The notes beneath the pieces are model-generated. The model was given only the letters and a program-made list of their open reading frames with translations. It was not told where the DNA came from and did not search any database. Positions 27,485 through 34,616 of a stretch of 58,179 bases of DNA are shown piece by piece. The position numbers and the translations under genes are program-made. Position 1 is the first letter of the stretch; each line of letters starts with the position of its first letter. Origin of the DNA: an uncultured Candidatus Saccharibacteria bacterium (lineage in GTDB: Bacteria > Patescibacteriota > UBA1384 > CAILIB01); contig CAZQKK010000002.1 in assembly GCA_964593885.1 (NCBI GenBank), positions 223,204 through 281,382 on the forward strand, in the 5' to 3' direction.

Positions 27485-28108
27485 CTATTTACTAGGTGTA
27501 GTTGAGGCGTACGAAGCCGATAGACTCTCAGCTTGGGTGTACCCGGTGAGGGTGAGGACAAACGATCCCGCTGGGATATCTTTCTCATCAGCCCCACTGG
27601 TGTAAGCTGAGAAGCCAACTTGGGAGAGACTGAAAGGCCTGATGTTAGTCTCAAGACCAATGATCAAGTTCTTGAGCTCACCGTAGGCGCCGGTTGCCGT
27701 CATGGTGATTGGGATTTTGACTCCCTTTACATCGGTGGTAACCGTTGGCTGACCAACCTGGTAGTCAAGCTTCTTGAGATTTGGATTTGCCTTCACCACC
27801 TCTTCAATTTGGAGGTAGACATCAGGCATGCTCTCAGTGAAAGGGAAGTTGTTCCTAATAGTGGCAAAATCTACTCCCTTTGCCCTCAGTTCGTCCATGG
27901 CCTTACCCATGTCGTTCTTGGCGGACTCAAGGGTTTTAATGTCGGCATTCAATCCATCAAGCTTTGCCTGAGAGGTTGCTTCCTCATTCCTGGCCGAAAT
28001 GAGCTTTGGAGCGAAGGTGTAGTAGACCAGCGCAAAACTAGCGATGAGCAGGAGGAAGCCAATTGCTCCTACCGTCTGGTTTGGGTTTGCAGGTGCTTTT
28101 GTTGCCAT
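27485..28108 (-). CDS. PilO-like pilus assembly protein
   Basis: Trimmed to MATKAPANP... N-terminal TM, coiled coil (AKLDGLNADIKTLESAKNDMGKAMDEL), then a beta-rich domain. Confidence 0.55.
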   Translation of the reverse strand: MATKAPANPNQTVGAIGFLLLIASFALVYYTFAPKLISARNEEATSQAKLDGLNADIKTLESAKNDMGKAMDELRAKGVDFATIRNNFPFTESMPDVYLQIEEVVKANPNLKKLDYQVGQPTVTTDVKGVKIPITMTATGAYGELKNLIIGLETNIRPFSLSQVGFSAYTSGADEKDIPAGSFVLTLTGYTQAESLSASYASTTPSK

Positions 28109-28112
28109 AGGA

Positions 28113-28757
28113 CTACTTCTGAGCGTTGTTAGATCCTGCAATGAGGTCTGCAAGGCTGAGTACTGCAGTAGAATTGAGGACGTTTGGCTGGAGGGTGAGC
28201 GTAAAGCTGAAGGTCACGTAGTTGTCTGGGAGAACTGCAGAACCAGCTGCGGCGGTCTTTGCACCTGTTGATTTAACCTTGGCAATTACCCCTGGCTTCA
28301 CGAGTGAGAAGTAGCGAGAACCATCTTTGTCTGAGAGCGACCTAAAGATCTTTGCGTAGTCTGTGTAATCTTTGGCGTAACCAGTGAAGGTAAGGTCTCC
28401 CTTATCGGTAAAGGTCATAGCCGTAATAGCCATGTTGCGGTAGAACCTCTGCTCAACGGTGCCGAGAACTGATTCCCATCGCTTCTGGTTATCAAAAACG
28501 CCGTGGAGGTTCTTGGCCATGGTGTCTAACTCGGTGAGCTGGGCAGCAACGCTATCAAGCTCTTTCAGGCGTCTCTCTGCCTGCACCGACTTCTTATCCA
28601 AATCTTCGGTGTTAGCCGAAACCTGGGAAGTGAGTAGGACAAACCCTACCACACCCACTGCCGCAAGTACCCCTGCAACGAGGGTGAAAATGGTTCCAAT
28701 CTGGAGCCGCGGCTTTTCTCCAAGTTGGACAATAGTTGGGTCTGTGTACGTAGTCAC
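28113..28757 (-). CDS. PilN-like pilus assembly protein
   Basis: Start moved to the GTG at 28757, preceded by AAGGAGG at 28761-28767. TM helix, coiled coil, then a beta domain. Confidence 0.5.
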   Translation of the reverse strand: MTTYTDPTIVQLGEKPRLQIGTIFTLVAGVLAAVGVVGFVLLTSQVSANTEDLDKKSVQAERRLKELDSVAAQLTELDTMAKNLHGVFDNQKRWESVLGTVEQRFYRNMAITAMTFTDKGDLTFTGYAKDYTDYAKIFRSLSDKDGSRYFSLVKPGVIAKVKSTGAKTAAAGSAVLPDNYVTFSFTLTLQPNVLNSTAVLSLADLIAGSNNAQK

Positions 28758-28952
28758 GATCCTCCTTTTAGAGAAATGTTCCTTTCTAGTATACGGTGGG
28801 TGAAAAGCAAGGCGCAACCCCCTAACTACCTGGTTACGTGTATCAACCCTGTGGGTGCGCCGTAATGCTGGACGAGAGAAGTGGTTTCTAGTATAGTAAC
28901 GAAGACCCGTATGGCGGGTTTACTTCTTTGGAATTGAAGAAATTGGGTGATT

Positions 28953-29034
28953 TCGCCACTTGTATCGAAGTACGCCCTTTGTATCGTTCCGATACAAAAG
29001 TCAGGTCGCCACTTGTATCGCTACGCGATACAAG
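28953..29034. repeat. cluster of TTGTATCG direct and inverted repeats
   Basis: TCGCCACTTGTATCG occurs twice (28953-28967 and 29006-29020), 53 bp apart. Palindromes CTTTGTATCG-TTC-CGATACAAAG (28977-28999) and CTTGTATCG-CTACG-CGATACAAG (29012-29034). Confidence 0.8.
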
Positions 29035-29086
29035 GCTCGTTCGTTCACATACTGGTATGCAAGCATTCCAGTGCGTTCACTCTCTC

Positions 29087-29162
29087 GCCCTTGTAGCTCA
29101 GTTGGTAGAGCGCGTCCATGGTAAGGACGAGGTCACCGGTTCAATCCCGGTCAAGGGCTCCA
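29087..29162 (+). tRNA. tRNA-Thr (anticodon GGT), CCA encoded
   Basis: Hand-folded cloverleaf: acceptor GCCCTTG/CAAGGGC, D arm GCTC..GAGC, anticodon stem CGTCC/GGACG with loop ATGGTAA, T arm ACCGG-TTCAATC-CCGGT. Confidence 0.9.
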
Positions 29163-29187
29163 GAACTTTTATCGCCATGAGCAACTC

Positions 29188-29264
29188 GCCTCCTTAGCTC
29201 AGTTGGTTAGAGCAACTGTTTTGTAAACAGTAGGTCGTCGGTCCGAATCCGACAGGGGGCTCCA
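29188..29264 (+). tRNA. tRNA-Thr (anticodon TGT), CCA encoded
   Basis: Acceptor GCCTCCT/AGGGGGC, anticodon stem ACTGT/ACAGT with loop TTTGTAA, T arm GTCGG-TCCGAAT-CCGAC. Confidence 0.9.
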
Positions 29265-29271
29265 AACAAAC

Positions 29272-29357
29272 GGGTAGGTACTCAAGCGGTCAACGAGGGG
29301 AGACTGTAAATCTCTTGGCATACGCCTTCCTAGGTTCGAATCCTAGCCTGCCCACCA
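29272..29357 (+). tRNA. tRNA-Tyr (anticodon GTA), long variable arm, CCA encoded
   Basis: Acceptor GGGTAGG/CCTGCCC, anticodon loop CTGTAAA, long variable arm, T arm CTAGG-TTCGAAT-CCTAG. Confidence 0.9.
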
Positions 29358-29406
29358 AATTTGTATCAAGCACCCTGCAAAGGGATATAGCCGTAAGCAT
29401 TGCCAC

Positions 29407-29592
29407 ATGGCCAAAAAAGGAAACCGCGAGTGGACATGGATGGCTGCGAAGACAAAGGGTGAATCCACCTACCGCTTCCAGACCAGCCGTAACAAGGTAA
29501 ACCTCAAGGAAAAACTTGAGATGGTTAGGTACGCTCCAGACGTTAAGAAGCACGTCCTCTTCAAGGAAATCAAAGAGAGCAAGAAGAAGTAG
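29407..29592 (+). CDS. rpmG: 50S ribosomal protein L33 (Cys-less form)
   Basis: 61 aa, MAKKGNRE...YRFQTSRNK...LEMVRYAPDVKKHVLFKEIK. Confidence 0.85.
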   Translation: MAKKGNREWTWMAAKTKGESTYRFQTSRNKVNLKEKLEMVRYAPDVKKHVLFKEIKESKKK

Positions 29593-29605
29593 ATTTCTCT
29601 TGTCT

Positions 29606-29638
29606 AAAAAAAACAGTCCTTTACCGGGACTGTTTTTT
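29606..29638 (+). terminator. intrinsic terminator after rpmG
   Basis: ACAGTCC-loop-GGACTGT flanked by an A-tract and TTTTTT. Confidence 0.7.
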
Positions 29639-29649
29639 AGTACTTCTCA

Positions 29650-29678
29650 TTGACTTTCTCGTGGTTTTCAGGTATAAG
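29650..29678 (+). promoter_or_regulatory. candidate promoter of the hydrolase gene
   Basis: TTGACT, 17 nt, TATAAG. Confidence 0.5.
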
Positions 29679-29692
29679 CAGACCTGGAGTCA

Positions 29693-30349
29693 TTGGACAT
29701 GAAAATCGCGTACATCGCCATTCCGGCCATCGTTGGTCACAACCCAAGAACAATCTCGAGCCTGAGAGAGGCTCTCCAGATCAGTCAGAACGACTGGTAC
29801 CTTGCAGATCCCTACGCCGGCGTCCCCAAAGCATGGTGGTTCCCTGCTTCGGTGGCACTGCCGCTTCCTGGCGTCAATCGACGTCGCGAAGACTTCGTCA
29901 GCGCAATCGCGAAAGATGAAGCCCTGGAGGCACTTGCCACTCGGGTTAGCTCGCTCAAGAAAACAGGTTACGACGCGGTAGTTGCCGTTAGTTGGAGCTT
30001 GGGCGCTTGGTTTGCCCTTTCTTGCCTCGAGCAGTTTGATGGAGCCATTCTCACCTCCCCCATGCTCGAAAGTGGACAACTGCAGAGAATTGCTCGCAAC
30101 CAGGCACCTGATAAGCCTCTGTTAATGGTCGTTGGAGACGCCGATACGGATGTACCCAACGCAGTAGCAATGTGCCAAACCTGGGATGAGCGAGAGCAAA
30201 CCGAAGTCTTCCTCATTGAGGGTGCACAGCATCCTTTCGACCAGCAGCTCTTGCGAGAAGGAGGCAAACTGAGGAATCCCCTCTACCAAGCAACTCAAGA
30301 ATACGCTGCCAACCTGGCAATAGTCACCTTCCTCAAAAGGCACTTCTAA
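29693..30349 (+). CDS. alpha/beta-fold hydrolase (dienelactone hydrolase-like)
   Basis: 218 aa. Nucleophile elbow (VSWSLGAW), VVGDADTDVP and GAQHPF arranged as in a Ser-Asp-His triad. Confidence 0.6.
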   Translation: MDMKIAYIAIPAIVGHNPRTISSLREALQISQNDWYLADPYAGVPKAWWFPASVALPLPGVNRRREDFVSAIAKDEALEALATRVSSLKKTGYDAVVAVSWSLGAWFALSCLEQFDGAILTSPMLESGQLQRIARNQAPDKPLLMVVGDADTDVPNAVAMCQTWDEREQTEVFLIEGAQHPFDQQLLREGGKLRNPLYQATQEYAANLAIVTFLKRHF

Positions 30350-30376
30350 TCCCCCGCTCTCCGCGAGGGATTTTTT
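30348..30376 (+). terminator. intrinsic terminator
   Basis: AATCCC..GGGATT stem followed by TTTT. Confidence 0.5.
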
Positions 30377-30428
30377 ATATAACGAATACTTGGCTCCAGG
30401 TTAATTTTTCGCTAAAATAAACCAGCTT

Positions 30429-30502
30429 AGGGGTATGGTGAAGTGGTATCACACGGGTCTCCAAAACCCTTGTTGTAGGTTCGATTCCTACTACCCCTGC
30501 CA
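30429..30502 (+). tRNA. tRNA-Trp (anticodon CCA), CCA encoded
   Basis: Acceptor AGGGGTA/TACCCCT, D arm GTGA..TCAC, anticodon loop CTCCAAA, T arm GTAGG-TTCGATT-CCTAC. Confidence 0.9.
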
Positions 30503-30539
30503 AAGAAAAGAGACCGGCTTGTCCGGTCTCTTTTCTTTG
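30503..30539. terminator. bidirectional intrinsic terminator
   Basis: AAAGAAAAGAGACCGG-CTTGT-CCGGTCTCTTTTCTTT. Confidence 0.75.
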
Positions 30540-30652
30540 TGATTAGAGGAGGAATCGAAGATTCCTAATCCTGTGCCACTGCACAGGATTCACGAGTGTC
30601 AAAACAAGATGAGTGAAGCGAATCTGGCTTGACACGAAGTATCTACCCAAAA

Positions 30653-31333
30653 TTATACCGGTCTCTTGTCAGGATGTAGTAAATAGTACAGATCTCTATT
30701 CACTTCATTCCCTCGGTGGTAGTGGGGATTTTCTCTTATAGTAGGATCATTTAGACCTTTAATCTCAGCTTCACCAAAATGCCCACCACTCACATTTGAG
30801 AACGGGTCAAAACGCTCAAGTAGTAATGGAAGAATGGTTGGGTCGTTCTTTATCGCTTGAGGTAAGCGATCCCACAATCCACCGATAATATCTGACTGAT
30901 ACGGAATACCATTTTCGTAGCTTTCAGAAGTATCCGGATCAGGTTTGTCCATAAACTCTCGACCACCCCATATTGAATCATCACTGAGGAATGCTCGCCA
31001 GAATTCTGGATCTTGCCATAACCCTTCTTCAATTTGGCCAGTATAGTCTTCGAATGTGGCATACACATGCTCCGGCCAGTGTTCCATTTTGGAAGTAGGA
31101 TCTTCAGGGACTTCTCGTTCAGAATGCTCTGCGGTTGACAGTATCCACCTAAATTTTTGCAGTGCTTGAATTGCATCTCTGTACTGAGCAGGGGTTTCAC
31201 CAAATCGAACAGGTGTTGTAAGGTCTGGTTGGATAGCACCGTCATCAACCTCAACGCTCATATTTCGTTGCTCGTCTTCCACATCGCTACTAGCTTGTTG
31301 GTTCATCTCAGGCCGACTGTATTCGAAGCTCAT
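30653..31333 (-). CDS. acidic hypothetical protein (226 aa), no family recognised
   Basis: Track ORF. Asp/Glu/Trp-rich, no TM segment or signal. Appears monocistronic. Confidence 0.55.
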   Translation of the reverse strand: MSFEYSRPEMNQQASSDVEDEQRNMSVEVDDGAIQPDLTTPVRFGETPAQYRDAIQALQKFRWILSTAEHSEREVPEDPTSKMEHWPEHVYATFEDYTGQIEEGLWQDPEFWRAFLSDDSIWGGREFMDKPDPDTSESYENGIPYQSDIIGGLWDRLPQAIKNDPTILPLLLERFDPFSNVSGGHFGEAEIKGLNDPTIRENPHYHRGNEVNRDLYYLLHPDKRPV

Positions 31334-31537
31334 ATGGTGCGCATTAGCTTGGTGAAGTATCGATACCCTGCATTAACACTAACCTAAAACAACCCTCGAT
31401 CCAACAAATCAACCCAGACCGCGACGCTCAGCCAAAGTGAAAAGCTCAGCCGAAAGGGTGGGCTTGTTGCACTGTGCATGGTAGAAGTACTACCACTAAG
31501 ACCAGGACTCCTATTGTCCCTTGAGAGTTTTACCTGG

Positions 31538-31566
31538 TTGACAAAGAGGTAATTTTATGCTACAAT
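31538..31566 (+). promoter_or_regulatory. perfect consensus sigma70 promoter
   Basis: TTGACA (31538-31543), a 17-nt spacer, TACAAT (31561-31566). Confidence 0.7.
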
Positions 31567-31572
31567 TTGACA

Positions 31573-31736
31573 TCTTTTTGAATGGAATATGTCTTATTCC
31601 ACACTGATGCGGTTGAGTAATGACTCAACCCTCCAACTAGGTGACGATCTCTCGTCATCTTGAGGAGCACCAGCTTCTTAACAAATGTCGAAATCATTCG
31701 GCCGCGACCTGAGTCTTCCTTATCGGAGGTGGACAG
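31573..31736 (+). promoter_or_regulatory. structured 5' leader with an SD-sequestering hairpin
   Basis: Three perfect or near-perfect 7-bp hairpins (31583-31601, 31611-31630, 31641-31658). In addition, CTTCC-TTATC-GGAGG (31715-31729) pairs the ribosome-binding site. G.U pairs favour the plus strand. Confidence 0.5.
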
Positions 31737-32153
31737 ATGATACTTAAAACTACACGTCCTCCTGGTAATCATCAGGGAGCCGGAGAAATCGCGATTACGA
31801 TATGTCGCGATCAAACAATCACCGTGAAAGTTTGCGATACATGCAAAGAGTACTCGCCAACAATAAGCCATGGTGCACTGGGGCTTCACGCTCAAGGCGT
31901 CGCCTGGATTGCGGTGGCACTGCTGTACAGTAGTGACCAACGCATGAGTAAGGGCAACCTAAACGACTGGTACAACAAGTACCTGAAAAAACGGCCTATG
32001 TGCCCAGACATGGGAACACGTACCGTGGCGAGGTACGTGTTCGCCGATCCTCTCGGAGAACTTTGCACTCAGGGCTTGGCCACCAAGTCCCCTGGGTGTA
32101 ACCCCAGTTACGAAGTGCAAGATAACTTGCGCTTCACCATAACTGTGGAATAA
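31737..32153 (+). CDS. Cys-rich hypothetical protein (138 aa)
   Basis: GGAGGTGG lies 7 nt upstream of the ATG. Consensus promoter upstream and a terminator downstream. No family recognised. Confidence 0.5.
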   Translation: MILKTTRPPGNHQGAGEIAITICRDQTITVKVCDTCKEYSPTISHGALGLHAQGVAWIAVALLYSSDQRMSKGNLNDWYNKYLKKRPMCPDMGTRTVARYVFADPLGELCTQGLATKSPGCNPSYEVQDNLRFTITVE

Positions 32154-32182
32154 CGGGCAGCAAGGTTCATTCCTTTCTGCCC

Positions 32183-32225
32183 AAAAAACCAGAGTATTCA
32201 AAAAATTGAGTCCTCTGGTTTTTTA
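32183..32225 (+). terminator. intrinsic terminator
   Basis: AACCAGAG-loop-CTCTGGTT followed by TTTT, with an A-tract before it. Confidence 0.6.
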
Positions 32226-32305
32226 TATCCCAAATTTTGGAAATATAGTGTTCATGCTAATACCTTGAGCATCTCAACTAGTCCGGCCACGCTGCTCTAC
32301 ACCAA

Positions 32306-32339
32306 AGAAAAAAGCGGACTCACGTTACGTAAGTCCGCC
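32306..32339 (-). terminator. intrinsic terminator of the 462-aa gene
   Basis: On the minus strand: GCGGACT-loop-AGTCCGC followed by TTTTTT. Confidence 0.65.
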
Positions 32340-32349
32340 AGAAAACACG

Positions 32350-33738
32350 TTATTCTCCTCGGAGCCTCTTGGTGAGATCTGCTTGAATCCTAGCTCGAAT
32401 GAACTTCGGAAGTTGTAGTACCGCATTTGAATCGCTTGCAGGCGAAATATGCGGACGTACCCAAGTCTTACCTTCGGGCAAGTTCTCAAGAACCTTAAAG
32501 CCAGTCTCCTCCTCAAACACAATGATTCTCTTTCGCTGCTCCTCTGTCATATTCCCAGTCCTGGGATGACCTGAAACAGTATGTGGCTCCGAAACCCGAG
32601 GACTCGTAAGTGCCTCACGCGCTGCGGGCTGGTTAGACCTACCCACCTGCGCTATACGAGGAATATAGCGATACGAAGGTTCAGACAGCTGAAGTTTCGT
32701 ATCGCTAGGTTTTCGATCCACCCCGTTTTGTTCACGCCTTACACCAGGAAGGTGTCTGGCCGTCACTAAATCGTGGTAAATCTGAACTCCCAACATGTGG
32801 AAGAAGCCATATTCTACACTCTCACCTGTGATTTCTTCCGCAGTTGCAACCTGGCCAGTTGCCACAACACCCGGCAAAACCATGAGCACATCACCGTCCA
32901 CCAGGTGAACCCTGAAGATGAAATCATGGTAGTTACGATCTTTAAGCGCAGGCTTGAGTTTGATCGTAATACCAGTTATGCGTGGGTCACCTCCCGTAAA
33001 AGCCACATAGGCTCCTTGAGGATGCAGTACGTAGTACTGGTTGTAGTAAGCATCGCATAGGATATCCGATAGAACCTTTGTGCTCTTCAGTTGCGGCCAG
33101 ACACCGTACAAAGCATCCCTGGACGTTTCTTTGGGATCCGGGACCATGTGGACATCTTCTTGACCTATCACATCAAGGTTACTTCCACCAAAGAAGGTTG
33201 AGGTGAAGGTATTGATTCCCTCCAATGAATCCTGAAAGGGTGAAACTGACTTAAAGACCGGCCTTCCACCCCTCATCCCTACGAGTAGACGGTTCTCCTC
33301 ACCCAGTAGTACCTGGATAATTTGAACCAGTAGCAGTGGCCATTGCACTTGCTGAAAAGTATGCAACGCCTCAGCTCTATAGTAGAGACGTATGAGCAAG
33401 TTGTACTGCTGCTTACGCTCAATGTTCAGCACAATTTGTTCAGTCTCTTGAGAGACAACCTTGTGAAAGGATAGTGGAACCGTAAACGGGACAGCCCCCA
33501 TTCCACTTTCCTCAACTTCTCTTATAGCAATTTGCATTGCTGCATAGAGCTTCCTATGGAAATCGATAAGGATGTTTGCAACATCTTTTTCGGAATCAGG
33601 AAGAACATCCAGTAATGCGCCAAAATCCAGTGAGACACCGCAGTCATTCGGGTAGGACCAAATAACCCCAGAAAGATACGTTAACAGACTATTTCTCTTT
33701 TTTAACAACTCATCACTTCCCCAAATTGTTAAGACCAC
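32350..33738 (-). CDS. orphan protein (462 aa), no family recognised
   Basis: Longest ORF in the cassette, GTG start. Basic C-terminal third with paired His motifs (HTVSGHPR and TWVRPH). Own promoter and terminator. Confidence 0.6.
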   Translation of the reverse strand: MVLTIWGSDELLKKRNSLLTYLSGVIWSYPNDCGVSLDFGALLDVLPDSEKDVANILIDFHRKLYAAMQIAIREVEESGMGAVPFTVPLSFHKVVSQETEQIVLNIERKQQYNLLIRLYYRAEALHTFQQVQWPLLLVQIIQVLLGEENRLLVGMRGGRPVFKSVSPFQDSLEGINTFTSTFFGGSNLDVIGQEDVHMVPDPKETSRDALYGVWPQLKSTKVLSDILCDAYYNQYYVLHPQGAYVAFTGGDPRITGITIKLKPALKDRNYHDFIFRVHLVDGDVLMVLPGVVATGQVATAEEITGESVEYGFFHMLGVQIYHDLVTARHLPGVRREQNGVDRKPSDTKLQLSEPSYRYIPRIAQVGRSNQPAAREALTSPRVSEPHTVSGHPRTGNMTEEQRKRIIVFEEETGFKVLENLPEGKTWVRPHISPASDSNAVLQLPKFIRARIQADLTKRLRGE

Positions 33739-33766
33739 CGAAGCGGTCGCAATTTTGTAGGAGGAC

Positions 33767-33795
33767 TATAGCAAAATATTTCTTATTTATCAAGG
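33767..33795 (-). promoter_or_regulatory. candidate promoter of the 462-aa gene
   Basis: On the minus strand: TTGATA, 17 nt, TATAGT. Confidence 0.5.
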
Positions 33796-33857
33796 CACAA
33801 AGGTAGACGTAACAATGAAACTTTTCAACACAAGACGTCACCTCTACATAAATGTTG

Positions 33858-34319
33858 CTAGAACTCGTCGATTACCAACTTCTTCATTTCCATCATTCTC
33901 GCAAAAGCACCTGGACGCTTGAGCAGCTCCTCGGAATTCTTTGGGACAATCTGCCAGCTGAGACCGTACCTATCCTTACACCAACCACACTGCTCAGCTT
34001 CTGGTACGCTCGAGAGTTTCTCCCAGAAGTAGTCTATTTCTGCCTGGTCTTCGCACAGTACTGCAAAGGATACAGACTCGTTGAACTTGAAGGTTGAGTC
34101 GGCATTTATCGCCAAAAAGTGCATACCCATTAGCTCAAATTCCACTGTCAGCTCTTTACCTGCCAAATCAAGCTGGAAGTCAGCCAACCCCTCTTCCTGC
34201 GTTTTAGGGTAGTAGGTGGTAGAGAGCTTTTTTGAGTCTTTGAAAACCTCGAGGTAGAAATCTACGGCTTCAGCAGCATTTCCATCAAACCAGAGGTTGG
34301 GAACAATTCTTTGTGGCAT
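33858..34319 (-). CDS. VOC/glyoxalase-superfamily protein (PhnB / 3-demethylubiquinone-9 3-methyltransferase-like domain)
   Basis: 153 aa. IVPNLWFDGNAAEAVDFY and CGWCKDRYGLSWQIVP are hallmarks of this family. Confidence 0.75.
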   Translation of the reverse strand: MPQRIVPNLWFDGNAAEAVDFYLEVFKDSKKLSTTYYPKTQEEGLADFQLDLAGKELTVEFELMGMHFLAINADSTFKFNESVSFAVLCEDQAEIDYFWEKLSSVPEAEQCGWCKDRYGLSWQIVPKNSEELLKRPGAFARMMEMKKLVIDEF

Positions 34320-34404
34320 GCGTGAGGATTAAACAGATGTGTTACGTAGAGAATAGCAAATATCTCAGCCTATTCCTCGTTCGAAGAAGTGCTACAATTA
34401 CTTC

Positions 34405-34611
34405 ATGAAGCTCAACTACAGTGAAATTTGCAAATTCCTTTCTGGAGCATTTTTTGTCACCGCAGGTGCAAGCTGGTACTTTGCCTACCTCAAGATGAGC
34501 ATACCGTTTTTTAGTACCTCAATGACCCCTGACTTTCTCGCCGTGAGGGGTGTAATGCATTTTGTCCTCTTCCTTGTTACATTCTATTTTGGTTTTATCA
34601 AAAAACAGTAA
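34405..34611 (+). CDS. small two-TM membrane protein
   Basis: 68 aa, two hydrophobic helices. TACAAT lies 8 nt upstream of the ATG. Confidence 0.45.
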   Translation: MKLNYSEICKFLSGAFFVTAGASWYFAYLKMSIPFFSTSMTPDFLAVRGVMHFVLFLVTFYFGFIKKQ

Positions 34612-34616
34612 CCCGC

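Noticed and set aside
28811-28861. Similarity of GCGCACCCACAGGG...GGUAGUUAGGGGGUUGCGC (minus strand) to parts of the c-di-GMP-I (GEMM-I) riboswitch, upstream of the pilus genes
   Set aside because: The element is only about 50 nt and forms a single hairpin. GEMM-I needs two helices with a tetraloop and receptor and is about twice as long. The resemblance is limited to short strings.
29290-29553. ORFs 29290..29553 (minus) and 29315..29500 (plus) in the ORF track
   Set aside because: They overlap tRNA-Tyr and the rpmG coding sequence and have no supporting signals.
30541-30600. Two adjacent hairpins after tRNA-Trp that look superficially like anticodon and T arms (possible pseudo-tRNA)
   Set aside because: The stem is 10 bp, and there is no acceptor or D arm and no T-loop consensus. 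They are more simply read as part of the terminator region of the convergent 226-aa gene.
31560-31940. 126-aa minus-strand ORF overlapping the consensus promoter and leader
   Set aside because: It would read through the perfect plus-strand promoter and all leader hairpins. It has no ribosome-binding site or promoter of its own. The overlapping plus-strand ORF has a promoter, an SD and a terminator.
34207-34222. 10-nt match to the tRNA-Trp 3' end (CCTACTACCC), considered as a possible island att repeat
   Set aside because: It is in inverted orientation and lies inside the well-supported VOC-family coding sequence (codons T-T-Y-Y-P-K). It is short enough to occur by chance.
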